From Euprymna scolopes (taxonomy: Eukaryota): DNA of 64,000 nucleotides. The notes under the pieces were generated by a model that was not told where the DNA came from, searched no databases, and saw only the letters and a list, made by a program, of their open reading frames with translations. Made by a program: the position numbers and the translations under genes. Location of the stretch: NCBI GenBank assembly GCA_053919585.1, contig CM132827.1. One strand, 5' to 3'. Shown piece after piece: positions 1-15,000 of this stretch (positions are counted from its first letter, which is position 1; every line of letters begins with the position of its first letter).

Positions 1-3000
1 GACTTAACCCTGGTCTTTCTAACATCTGTTCTAGCATTAAATACATTTCCATGATTTTACTGGGGAAAGGACGCTGTAAACATGACCTTCACACCGACTT
101 TACCCTGGTCTTTCTAACATCTGTTCTAGCATTAAATACATTTCCATGATTTTACTGGTGAAAGGACACTGTAAACATGACCTTCACACCGACTTTACCC
201 TGGTCTTTCTAACATCTGTTCTAGCATTAAATACATTTCCATGATTTTACTGGGGAAAGGACACTGTAAACATGACCTTCACACCGACTTTACCCTGGTC
301 TTTCTAACATCTGTTCTAGCATTAAATACATTTCCATTATTTTACTGGGGAAAGGACGCTGTAAACATGACCTTCACACCGACTTTACCCTGGTCTTTCT
401 AACATCTGTTCTAGCATTAAATACATTTCCATGATTTTACTGGGGAAAGGACACTGTAAACATGACCTTCACACCGACTTTACCCTGGTCTTTCTAACAT
501 CTGTTCTAGCATTAAATACATTTCCATGATTTTACTGGGGAAAGGACACTGTAAACATGACCTTCACACCGACTTTACCCTGGTCTTTCTAACATCTGTT
601 CTAGCATTAAATACACTTCCATGATTTTACTGGGGAAAGGACACTGTAAACATGACCTTCACACCGACTTTACCCTGGTCTTTCTAACATCTGTTCTAGC
701 ATTAAATACATTTCCATGATTTTACTGGGGAAAGGACACTGTAAACATGACCTTCACACCGACTTTACCCTGGTCTTTCTAACATCTGTTCTAGCATTAA
801 ATACATTTCCATGATTTTACTGGGGAAAGGACACTGTAAACATGACCTTCACACCGACTTTACCCTGGTCTTTCTAACATCTGTTCTAGCATTAAATACA
901 TTTCCATGATTTTACTGGGGAAAGGACACTGTAAACATGACCTTCACACCGACTTTACCCTGGTCTTTCTAACATCTGTTCTAGCATTAAATACATTTCC
1001 ATGATTTTACTGGGGAAAGGACACTGTAAACATGACCTTCACACCGACTTTACCCTGGTCTTTCTAACATCTGTTCTAGCATTAAATACATTTCCATGAT
1101 TTTACTGGGGAAAGGACACTGTAAACATGACCTTCACACCGACTTTACCCTGGTCTTTCTAACATCTGTTCTAGCATTAAATACATTTCCATGATTTTAC
1201 TGGGGAAAGGACACTGTAAACATGACCTTCACACCGACTTTACCCTGGTCTTTCTAACATCTGTTCTAGCATTAAATACATTTCCATGATTTTACTGGGG
1301 AAAGGACACTGTAAACATGACCTTCACACCGACTTTACCCTGGTCTTTCTAACATCTGTTCTAGCATTAAATACATTTCCATGATTTTACTGGGGACAGG
1401 ACACTGTAAACATGACCTTCACACCGACTTTACCCTGGTCTTTCTAACATCTGTTCTAGCATTAAATACATTTCCATGATTTTACTGGGGAAAGGACACT
1501 GTAAACATGACCTTCACACCGACTTTACCCTGGTCTTTCTAACATCTGTTCTAGCATTAAATACATTTCCATGATTTTACTGGGGAAAGGAAACTGTAAA
1601 CATGACCTTCACACCGACTTTACCCTGGTCTTTCTCACATCTGTTCTAGCATTAAATACATTTCCATGATTTTACTGGGGAAAGGACACTGTAAACATGA
1701 CCTTCACACCGACTTTACCCTGGTCTTTCTAACATCTGTTCTAGCATTAAATACATTTCCATGATTTTACTGGGGAAAGGAAACTGTAAACATGACCTTC
1801 ACACCGACTTTACCCTGGTCTTTCTAACATCTGTTCTAGCATTAAATACATTTCCATGATTTTACTGGGGAAAGGACACTGTAAACATGACCTTCACACC
1901 GACTTTACCCTGGTCTTTCTAACATCTGTTCTAGCATTAAATACATTTCCATGATTTTACTGGGGAAAGGACACTGTGAACATGACCTTCACACCGACTT
2001 TACCCTGGTCTTTCTAACATCTGTTCTAGCATTAAATACATTTCCATGATTTTACTGGGGAAAGGACACTGTAAACATGACCTTCACACCGACTTTACCC
2101 TGGTCTTTCTAACATCTGTTCTAGCATTAAATACATTTCCATGATTTTACTGGGGAAAGGACACTGTAAACATGACCTTCACACCGACTTTACCCTGGTC
2201 TTTCTAACATCTGTTCTAGCATTAAATACACTTCCATGATTTTACTGGGGAAAGGACACTGTAAACATGACCTTCACACCGACTTTACCCTGGTCTTTCT
2301 AACATCTGTTCTAGCATTAAATACATTTCCATGATTTTACTGGGGAAAGGACACTGTAAACATGACCTTCACACCGACTTTACCCTGGTCTTTCTAACAT
2401 CTGTTCTAGCATTAAATACATTTCCATGATTTTACTGGGGAAAGGACACTGTAAACATGACCTTCACACCGACTTTTCCCTGGTCTTTCTAACATCTGTT
2501 CTAGCATTAAATACATTTCCATGATTTTACTGGGGAAAGGACACTGTAAACATGACCTTCACACCGACTTTACCCTGGTCTTTCTAACATCTGTTCTAGC
2601 ATTAAATACATTTCCATGATTTTACTGGGGAAAGGACGCTGTAAACATGACCTTCACACCGACTTTACCCTGGTCTTTCTAACATCTGTTCTAGCATTAA
2701 ATACATTTCCATGATTTTACTGGGGAAAGGACACTGTAAACATTACCTTCACACCGACTTCACCCTGGTCTTTCTAACATCTGTTCTAGCATTAAATACA
2801 TTTCCATGATTTTACTGGGGAAAGGACACTGTAAACATGACCTTCACACCGACTTTACCCTAGTCTTTCTAACATCTGTTCTAGCATTAAATACATTTCC
2901 ATGATTTTACTGGGGAAAGGACACTGTAAACATGACCTTCACACCGACTTTACCCTGGTCTTTCTAACATCTGTTCTAGCATTAAATACAATTCCATGAT

Positions 3001-6000
3001 TTTACTGGGGAAAGGACACTGTAAACATGACCTTCACACCGACTTTACCCTGGTCTTTCTAACATCTGTTCTAGCATTAAATACATTTCCATGATTTTAC
3101 TGGGAAAAGGACACTGTAAACATGACCTTCACACCGACTTTACCCTGGTCTTTCTAAAATCTGTTCTAGCTTTAAATACATTTCCATGATTTTACTGGGG
3201 AAAGGACACTGTAAACATGACCTTCACACCGACTTTACCCTGGTCTTTCTCACATCTGTTCTAGCATTAAATACATTTCCATGATTTTACTGGGGAAAGG
3301 ACACTAAACATGACCTTCACACCGACTTTACCCTGGTCTCTCTAACATCTGTTCTAGCATTAAATACATTTCCATGATTTTACTGGGGAAAGGACACTGT
3401 AAACATGACCTTCACACCGACTTTACCCTGGTCTTTCTAACATCTGTTCTAGCATTAAATACATTTCCATGATTTTACTGGGGAAAGGACACTGTAAACA
3501 TGACCTTCACACCGACTTTACCCTGGTCTTTCTAACATCTGTTCTAGCATTAAATACATTTCCATGATTTTACTGGGGAAAGGACACTGTAAACATGACC
3601 TTCACACCGACTTTACCCTGGTCTTTCTAACATCTGTTCTAGCATTAAATACATTTCCATGATTTTACTGGGGAAAGGACACTGTAAACATGACCTTCAC
3701 ACCGACTTTACCCTGGTCTTTCTAACATCTGTTCTAGCATTAAATACATTTCCATGATTTTACTGGGGAAAGGACACTGTAAACATGACCTTCACACCGA
3801 CTTTACCCTTGTCTTTCTAACATCTGTTCTAGCATTAAATACATTTCCATGATTTTACTGGGGAAAGGACACTGTAAACATGACCTTCACACCGACTTTA
3901 CCCTGGTCTTTCTAACATCTGTTCTAGCATTAAATACATTTCCATGATTTTACTGGGGAAAGGACACTGTAAACATGACCTTCACACCGACTTTACCCTG
4001 GTCTTTCTAACATCTGTTCTAGCATTAAATACATTTCCATGATTTTACTGGGGAAAGGACACTGTAAACATGACCTTCACACCGACTTTACCCTGGTCTT
4101 TCTAACATCTGTTCTAGCATTAAATACATTTCCATGATTTTACTGGGGAAAGGACACTGTAAACATGACCTTCACACCGACTTTACCCTGGTCTTTCTAA
4201 CATCTGTTCTAGCATTAAATACATTTCCATGATTTTACTGGGGAAAGGACACTGTAAACATGACCTTCACACCGACTTTACCCTGGTCTTTCTAACATCT
4301 GTTCTAGCATTAAATACATTTCCATGATTTTACTGGGGAAAGGACACTGTAAACATGACCTTCACACCGACTTTACCCTGGTCTTTCTAACATCTGTTCT
4401 AGCATTAAATACACTTCCATGATTTTACTGGGGAAAGGACACTGTAAACATGACCTTCACACCGACTTTACCCTGGTCTTTCTAACATCTGTTCTAGCAT
4501 TAAATACATTTCCATGATTTTACTGGGGAAAGGACACTGTAAACATGACCTTCACACCGACTTTACCCTGGTCTTTCTAACATCTGTTCTAGCATTAAAT
4601 ACATTTCCATGATTTTACTGGGGAAAGGACACTGTAAACATGACCTTCACACCGACTTTACCCTGGTCTTTCTAACATCTGTTCTAGCATTAAATACATT
4701 TCCATGATTTTACTGGGGAAAGGACACTGTAAACATGACCTTCACACCGACTTTACCCTGGTCTTTCTAACATCTGTTCTAGCATTAAATACATTTCCAT
4801 GATTTTACTGTGGAAAGGACGCTGTAAACATGACCTTCACACCGACTTTACCCTGGTCTTTCTAACATCTGTTCTAGCATTAAATACATTTCCATGATTT
4901 TACTGGGGAAAGGACACTGTAAACATGACCTTCACACCGACTTTACCCTGGTCTTTCTAACATCTGTTCTAGCATTAAATACATTTCCATGAATTTACTG
5001 GGGAAAGGATGCTGTAAACATGACCTTCACACCGACTTTACCCTGGTATTTCTAACATCTTTTCTAGCATTAAATACATTTCCATGATTTTACTGGGGAA
5101 AGGACACTGTAAACATGACCTTCACACCGACTTTACCCTAGTCTTTCTAACATCTGTTCTAGCATTAAATACATTTCCATGATTTTACTGGGGAAAGGAC
5201 GCTGTAAACATGACCTTCACACCGACTTTACCCTGGTCTTTCTAACATCTGTTCTAGCATTAAATACATTTCCATGATTTTACTGGGGAAAGGACACTGT
5301 AAACATTACCTTCACACCGACTTCACCCTGGTCTTTCTAACATCTGTTCTAGCATTAAATACATTTCCATGATTTTACTGGGGAAAGGACGCTGTAAACA
5401 TGACCTTCACACCGACTTTACCCTGGTCTTTCTAACATCTGTTCTAGCATTAAATACATTTCCATGATTTTACTGGGGAAAGGACACTGTAAACATGACC
5501 TTCACACCGACTTTACCCTGGTCTTTCTAACATCTGTTCTAGCATTAAATACATTTCCATGATTTTACTGGGGAAAGGACACTGTAAACATGACCTTCAC
5601 ACCGACTTTACCCTGGTCTTTCTAACATCTGTTCTAGCATTAAATACATTTCCATGATTTTACTGGGGAAAGGACACTGTAAACATGACCTTCACACCGA
5701 CTTTACCCTGGTCTTTCTAACATCTGTTCTAGCATTAAATACATTTCCATGATTTTACTGGGGAAAGGACACTGTAAACATGACCTTCACACCGACTTTA
5801 CCCTGGTCTTTCTAACATCTGTTCTAGCATTAAATACATTTCCATGATTTTACTGGGGAAAGGACACTGTAAACATGACCTTCACACCGACTTTACCCTG
5901 GTCTTTCTAACATCTGTTCTAGCATTAAATACATTTCCATGATTTTACTGGGGAAAGGACACTGTAAACATGACCTTCACACCGACTTTACCCTGGTCTT

Positions 6001-9000
6001 TCTAACATCTGTTCTAGCATTAAATACATTTCCATGATTTTACTGGGGAAAGGACACTGTAAACATGACCTTCACACCGACTTTACCCTTGTCTTTCTAA
6101 CATCTGTTCTAGCATTAAATACATTTCCATGATTTTACTGGGGAAAGGACACTGTAAACATGACCTTCACACCGACTTTACCCTGGTCTTTCTAACATCT
6201 GTTCTAGCATTAAATACATTTCCATGATTTTACTGGGGAAAGGACACTGTAAACATGACCTTCACACCGACTTTACCCTGGTCTTTCTAACATCTGTTCT
6301 AGCATTAAATACATTTCCATGATTTTACTGGGGAAAGGACACTGTAAACATGACCTTCACACCGACTTTACCCTGGTCTTTCTAACATCTGTTCTAGCAT
6401 TAAATACATTTCCATGATTTTACTGGGGAAAGGACACTGTAAACATGACCTTCACACCGACTTTACCCTGGTCTTTCTCACATCTGTTCTAGCATTAAAT
6501 ACATTTCCATGATTTTACTGGGGAAAGGACACTGTAAACATGACCTTCACACCGACTTTACCCTGGTCTTTCTAACATCTGTTCTAGCATTAAATACATT
6601 TCAATGATTTTACTGGGGAAAGGACACTGTAAACATGACCTTCACACCGACTTTACCCTGGTCTTTCTAACATCTGTTCTAGCATTAAATACATTTCCAT
6701 GATTTTACTGGGGAAAGGACACTGTAAACATGACCTTCACACCGACTTTACCCTGGTCTTTCTAACATCTGTTCTAGCATTAAATACATTTCCATGATTT
6801 TACTGGGGAAAGGACACTGTAAACATGACCTTCACACCGACTTTACCCTGGTCTTTCTAACATCTGTTCTAGCATTAAATACATTTCCATGATTTTACTG
6901 GGGAAAGGACACTGTAAACATGACCTTCACACCGACTTTACCATGGTCTTTCTAACATCTGTTCTAGCATTAAATACATTTCCATGATTTTACTGGGGAA
7001 AGGACACTGTAAACATGACCTTCACACCGACTTTACCCTGGTCTTTCTAACATCTGTTCTAGCATTAAATACACTTCCATGATTTTACTGGGGAAAGGAC
7101 ACTGTAAACATGACCTTCACACCGACTTTACCCTGGTCTTTCTAACATCTGTTCTAGCATTAAATACATTTCCATGATTTTACTGGGGAAAGGACACTGT
7201 AAACATGACCTTCACACCGACTTTACTCTGGTCTTTCTAACATCTGTTCTAGCATTAAATACATTTCCATGATTTTACTGGGGAAAGGACACTGTAAACA
7301 TGACCTTCACACCGACTTTACCCTGGTCTTTCTAACATCTGTTCTAGCATTAAATAAGTTTCCATGATTTTACTGGGGAAAGGACACTGTAAACATGACC
7401 TTCACACCGACTTTACCCTGGTCTTTCTAACATCTGTTCTAGCATTAAATACATTTCCATGATTTTACTGTGGAAAGGACGCTGTAAACATGACCTTCAC
7501 ACCGACTTTACCCTGGTCTTTCTAACATCTGTTCTAGCATTAAATACATTTCCATAATTTTACTGGGGAAAGGACACTGTAAACATGACCTTCACACCGA
7601 CTTTACCCTGGTCTTTCTAACATCTGTTCTAGCATTAAATACATTTCCATGATTTTACTGGGGAAAGGATGCTGTAAACATGACCTTCACACCGACTTTA
7701 CCCTGGTATTTCTAACATCTGTTCTAGCATTAAATACATTTCCATGATTTTACTGGGGAAAGGACACTGTAAACATGACCTTCACACCGACTTTACCCTA
7801 GTCTTTCTAACATCTGTTCTAGCATTAAATACATTTCCATGATTTTACTGGGGAAAGGACGCTGTAAACATGACCTTCACACCGACTTTACCCTGGTCTT
7901 TCTAACATCTGTTCTAGCATTAAATACATTTCCATGATTTTACTGGGGAAAGGACACTGTAAACATTACCTTCACACCGACTTCACCCTGGTCTTTCTAA
8001 CATCTGTTCTAGCATTAAATACATTTCCATGATTTTACTGGGGAAAGGACGCTGTAAACATGACCTTCACACCGACTTTACCCTGGTCTTTCTAACATCT
8101 GTTCTAGCATTAAATACATTTCCATGATTTTACTGGGGAAAGGACACTGTAAACATGACCTTCACACCGACTTTACCCTGGTCTTTCTAACATCTGTTCT
8201 AGCATTAAATACATTTTCATGATTTTACTGGGGAAAGGACGCTGTAAACATGACCTTCACATCGACTTTACCCTGGTCTTTCTAACATCTGTTCTAGCAT
8301 TAAATACATTTCCATGATTTTACTGGGGAAAGGACACTGTAAACATGACCTTCACACCGACTTTACCCTGGTCTTTCTAACATCTGTTCTAGCATTAAAT
8401 ACATTTCAATGATTTTACTTGGGAAAGGACGCTGTAAACATGACCTTCACACCGACTTTACCCTGGTCTTTCTAACATCTGTTCTAGCATTAAATACATT
8501 TCCATGATTTTACTGGGGAAAGGACGCTGTAAACATGACCTTCACACCGACTTTACACTGGTCTTCTAACATCTGTTCTAGCATTAAATACATTTCCATG
8601 ATTTTACTGGGGAAAGGACACTGTAAACATGACCTTCACACCGACTTTACCCTGGTCTTTCTAACATCTGTTCTAGCATTAAATACATTTCCATGATTTT
8701 ACTGGGGACAGGACACTGTAAACATGACCTTCACACCGACTTTACCCTGGTCTTTCTAACATCTGTTCTAGCATTAAATACATTTCCATGATTTTACTGG
8801 GGAAAGGACGCTGTAAACATGACCTTCACACCGACTTTACCCTGGTCTTTCTTACATCTGTTCTAGCATTAAATGCATTTCCATGATTTTACTGGGGAAA
8901 GGACACTGTAAACATGACCTTCACACCGACTTTACCCTGGTCTTTCTAACATCTGTTCTAGCATTAAATACATTTCCATGATTTTACTGGGGAAAGGACA

Positions 9001-12000
9001 CTGTAAACATGACCTTCACACCGACTTTACCCTGGTCTTTCTAACATCTGTTCTAGCTTTAAATACATTTCCATGATTTTACTGGGGAAAGGACACTGTA
9101 AACATGACCTTCACACCGATTTACCCTGGTCTTTCTAACATCTGTTCTAGCATTCAATACATTTCCATGATTTTACTGGGGAAAGGACACTGTAAACATG
9201 ACCTTCACACCGACTTTACCCTGGTCTTTCTAATATCTGTTCTAGCATTAAATACATTTCTATGATTTTACTGGGGAAAGGACACTGTAAACATGACCTT
9301 CACACCGACTTTACCCTGGTCTTTCTAACATCTGTTCTAGCATTAAATACATTTCCATGATTTTACTGGGGAAAGGACACTGTAAACATGACCTTCACAC
9401 CGACTTTACCCTGGTCTTTCTAACATCTGTTCTAGCATTAAATACATTTCCATGATTTTACTGGGGAAAGGACGCTGTAAACATGACCTTCACACCGACT
9501 TTACCCTGGTCTTTCTAACATCTGTTCTAGCATTAAATACATTTCCATGATTTTACTGGGGAAAGGACACTGTAAACATGACCTTCACACCGACTTTACC
9601 CTGGTCTTTCTAACATCTGTTCTAGCATTAAATACATTTCCATGATTTTACTTGGGAAAGAACACTGTAAACGTGACCTTCACACCGACTTAACCCTGGT
9701 CTTTCTAACATCTGTTCTAGCATTAAATACATTTCCATGATTTTACTGGGGAAAGGACACTGTAAACATGACCTTCACACCGACTTTACCCTGGTCTTTC
9801 TAACATCTGTTCTAGCATTAAATACATTTCCATGATTTTACTGGGGAAAGAACACTGTAAACATGACCTTCACACCGACTTTACCCTGGTCTTTCTAACA
9901 TCTGTTCTAGCATTAAATACATTTCCATGATTTTACTGGGGAAAGGACACTGTAAACATGACCTTCACACCGACTTTACCCTGGTCTTTCTAACATCTGT
10001 TCTAGCATTAAATACGTTTCCATGATTTTACTGGGGAAAGGACGCTGTAAACATGACCTTCACACCGACTTTACCCTGGTCTTTCTAACATCTGTTCTAG
10101 CATTAAATACATTTCCATGATTTTACTGGGGAAAGGACACTGTAAACATGACCTTCACACCGATTTACCCTGGTCTTTCTAACATCTGTTCAAGCATTAA
10201 ATACATTTCCATGATTTTACTGGGGAAAGGACACTGTAAACATGACCTTCACACCGACTTTACCCTGGTTTTCTAACATCTGTTCTAGCATTAAATACAT
10301 TTCCATGATTTTACTGGAGAAAGGACACTGTAAACATGACCTTCACACCGACTTTACCCTGGTCTTTCTAACATCTGTTCTAGCATTAAATACATTTCCA
10401 TGATTTTACTGGGGAAAGGACACTGTAAACATGACCTTCACACCGACTTTACCCTGGTCTTTCTAACATCTGTTCTAGCATTAAATACATTTCCATGATT
10501 TTACTGGGGAAAGGACACTGTAAACATGACCTTCACACCGACTTTACCCTGGTCTTTCTCACATCTGTTCTAGCATTAAATACATTTCCATGATTTTACT
10601 GGGGAAAGGACACTGTAAACATGACCTTCACACCGACTTTACCCTGGTATTTCTAACATCTGTTCTAGCATTAAATACATTTCCATGATTTTACTGGGGA
10701 AAGTACACTGTAAACATGACCTTCACACCGACTTTACCCTGGTCTTTCTAACATCTGTTCTAGCATTAAATACATTTCCATGATTTTACTGGGGAAAGGA
10801 CACTGTAAACATGACCTTCACACCGACTTTACCCTGGTCTTTCTTACATCTGTTCTAGCATTAAATACATTTCCATGATTTTACTGGGGAAAGGACGCTG
10901 TAAACATGACCTTCACACCGACTTTACCCTGGTCTTTCTAACATCTGTTCTAGCATTAAATACATTTCCATGATTTTACTGGGGAAAGGACACTGTAAAC
11001 ATGACCTTCACACCGACTTTACCCTGGTCTTTCTAACATCTGTTCTAGCATTAAATACATTTCCATGATTTTACTGGGGAAAGGACACTGTAAACATGAC
11101 CTTCACACCGACTTTACCCTGGTCTTTCTAACATCTGTTCTAGCATTAAATACACTTCCATGATTTTACTGGGGAAAGGACACTGTAAACATGACCTTCA
11201 CACCGACTTTACCCTGGTCTTTCTAACATCTGTTCTAGCATTAAATACATTTCCATGATTTTACTGGGGAAAGGACACTGTAAACATGACCTTCACACCG
11301 ACTTTACCCTGGTCTTTCTAACATCTGTTCTAGCATTAAATACATTTCCATGATTTTACTGGGGAAAGGACACTGTAAACATGACCTTCACACCGACTTT
11401 ACCCTGGTCTTTCTAACATCTGTTCTAGCATTAAATAAGTTTCCATGATTTTACTGGGGAAAGGACACTGTAAACATGACCTTCACACCGACTTTACCCT
11501 GGTCTTTCTAACATCTGTTCTAGCATTAAATACATTTCCATGATTTTACTGTGGAAAGGACGCTGTAAACATGACCTTCACACCGACTTTACCCTGGTCT
11601 TTCTAACATCTGTTCTAGCATTAAATACATTTCCATAATTTTACTGGGGAAAGGACACTGTAAACATGACCTTCACACCGACTTTACCCTGGTCTTTCTA
11701 ACATCTGTTCTAGCATTAAATACATTTCCATGATTTTACTGGGGAAAGGATGCTGTAAACATGACCTTCACACCGACTTTACCCTGGTATTTCTAACATC
11801 TGTTCTAGCATTAAATACATTTCCATGATTTTACTGGGGAAAGGACACTGTAAACATGACCTTCACACCGACTTTACCCTAGTCTTTCTAACATCTGTTC
11901 TAGCATTAAATACATTTCCATGATTTTACTGGGGAAAGGACGCTGTAAACATGACCTTCACACCGACTTTACCCTGGTCTTTCTAACATCTGTTCTAGCA

Positions 12001-15000
12001 TTAAATACATTTCCATGATTTTACTGGGGAAAGGACACTGTAAACATTACCTTCACACCGACTTCACCCTGGTCTTTCTAACATCTGTTCTAGCATTAAA
12101 TACATTTCCATGATTTTACTGGGGAAAGGACGCTGTAAACATGACCTTCACACCGACTTTACCCTGGTCTTTCTAACATCTGTTCTAGCATTAAATACAT
12201 TTCCATGATTTTACTGGGGAAAGGACACTGTAAACATGACCTTCACACCGACTTTACCCTGGTCTTTCTAACATCTGTTCTAGCATTAAATACATTTTCA
12301 TGATTTTACTGGGGAAAGGACGCTGTAAACATGACCTTCACACCGACTTTACCCTGGTCTTTCTAACATCTGTTCTAGCATTAAATACATTTCCATGATT
12401 TTACTGGGGAAAGGACACTGTAAACATGACCTTCACACCGACTTTACCCTGGTCTTTCTAACATCTGTTCTAGCATTAAATACATTTCAATGATTTTACT
12501 TGGGAAAGGACGCTGTAAACATGACCTTCACACCGACTTTACCCTGGTCTTTCTAACATCTGTTCTAGCATTAAATACATTTCCATGATTTTACTGGGGA
12601 AAGGACGCTGTAAACATGACCTTCACACCGACTTTACACTGGTCTTCTAACATCTGTTCTAGCATTAAATACATTTCCATGATTTTACTGGGGAAAGGAC
12701 ACTGTAAACATGACCTTCACACCGACTTTACCCTGGTCTTTCTAACATCTGTTCTAGCATTAAATACATTTCAATGATTTTACTGGGGACAGGACACTGT
12801 AAACATGACCTTCACACCGACTTTACCCTGGTCTTTCTAACATCTGTTCTAGCATTAAATACATTTCCATGATTTTACTGGGGAAAGGACGCTGTAAACA
12901 TGACCTTCACACCGACTTTACCCTGGTCTTTCTTACATCTGTTCTAGCATTAAATGCATTTCCATGATTTTACTGGGGAAAGGACACTGTAAACATGACC
13001 TTCACACCGACTTTACCCTGGTCTTTCTAACATCTGTTCTAGCATTAAATACATTTCCATGATTTTACTGGGGAAAGGACACTGTAAACATGACCTTCAC
13101 ACCGACTTTACCCTGGTCTTTCTAACATCTGTTCTAGCTTTAAATACATTTCCATGATTTTACTGGGGAAAGGACACTGTAAACATGACCTTCACACCGA
13201 TTTACCCTGGTCTTTCTAACATCTGTTCTAGCATTCAATACATTTCCATGATTTTACTGGGGAAAGGACACTGTAAACATGACCTTCACACCGACTTTAC
13301 CCTGGTCTTTCTAATATCTGTTCTAGCATTAAATACATTTCTATGATTTTACTGGGGAAAGGACACTGTAAACATGACCTTCACACCGACTTTACCCTGG
13401 TCTTTCTAACATCTGTTCTAGCATTAAATACATTTCCATGATTTTACTGGGGAAAGGACACTGTAAACATGACCTTCACACCGACTTTACCCTGGTCTTT
13501 CTAACATCTGTTCTAGCATTAAATACATTTCCATGATTTTACTGGGGAAAGGACGCTGTAAACATGACCTTCACACCGACTTTACCCTGGTCTTTCTAAC
13601 ATCTGTTCTAGCATTAAATACATTTCCATGATTTTACTGGGGAAAGGACACTGTAAACATGACCTTAACACCGACTTTACCCTGGTCTTTCTAACATCTG
13701 TTCTAGCATTAAATACATTTCCATGATTTTACTTGGGAAAGAACACTGTAAACGTGACCTTCACACCGACTTAACCCTGGTCTTTCTAACATCTGTTCTA
13801 GCATTAAATACATTTCCATGATTTTACTGGGGAAAGGACACTGTAAACATGACCTTCACACCGACTTTACCCTGGTCTTTCTAACATCTGTTCTAGCATT
13901 AAATACATTTCCATGATTTTACTGGGGAAAGAACACTGTAAACATGACCTTCACACCGACTTTACCCTGGTCTTTCTAACATCTGTTCTAGCATTAAATA
14001 CATTTCCATGATTTTACTGGGGAAAGGACACTGTAAACATGACCTTCACACCGACTTTACCCTGGTCTTTCTAACATCTGTTCTAGCATTAAATACATTT
14101 CCATGATTTTACTGGGGAAAGGACGCTGTAAACATGACCTTCACACCGACTTTACCCTGGTCTTTCTAACATCTGTTCTAGCATTAAATACATTTCCATG
14201 ATTTTACTGGGGAAAGGACACTGTAAACATGACCTTCACACCGATTTACCCTGGTCTTTCTAACATCTGTTCTAGCATTAAATACATTTCCATGATTTTA
14301 CTGGGGAAAGGACACTGTAAACATGACCTTCACATCGACTTTACCCTGGTTTTCTAACATCTGTTCTAGCATTAAATACATTTCCATGATTTTACTGGAG
14401 AAAGGACACTGTAAACATGACCTTCACACCGACTTTACCCTGGTCTTTCTAACATCTGTTCTAGCATTAAATACATTTCCATGATTTTACTGGGGAAAGG
14501 ACACTGTAAACATGACCTTCACACCGACTTTACCCTGGTCTTTCTAACATCTGTTCTAGCATTAAATACATTTCCATGATTTTACTGGGGAAAGGACACT
14601 GTAAACATGACCTTCACACCGACTTTACCCTGGTCTTTCTCACATCTGTTCTAGCATTAAATACATTTCCATGATTTTACTGGGGAAAGGACACTGTAAA
14701 CATGACCTTCACACCGACTTTACCCTGGTCTTTCTAACATCTGTTCTAGCATTAAATACATTTCCATGATTTTACTGGGGACAGGACACTGTAAACATGA
14801 CCTTCACACCGACTTTACCCTGGTCTTTCTAACATCTGTTCTAGCATTAAATACATTTCCATGATTTTACTGGGGAAAGGACGCTGTAAACATGACCTTC
14901 ACACCGACTTTACCCTGGTCTTTCTTACATCTGTTCTAGCATTAAATGCATTTCCATGATTTTACTGGGGAAAGGACACTGTAAACATGACCTTCACACC

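Noticed and set aside
11-45. The satellite segment GGTCTTTCTAACATCTGTTCT vaguely resembles the U2 5' end
   Set aside because: Only a 9-nt exact match (ATCTGTTCT), and the alignment needs large gaps.
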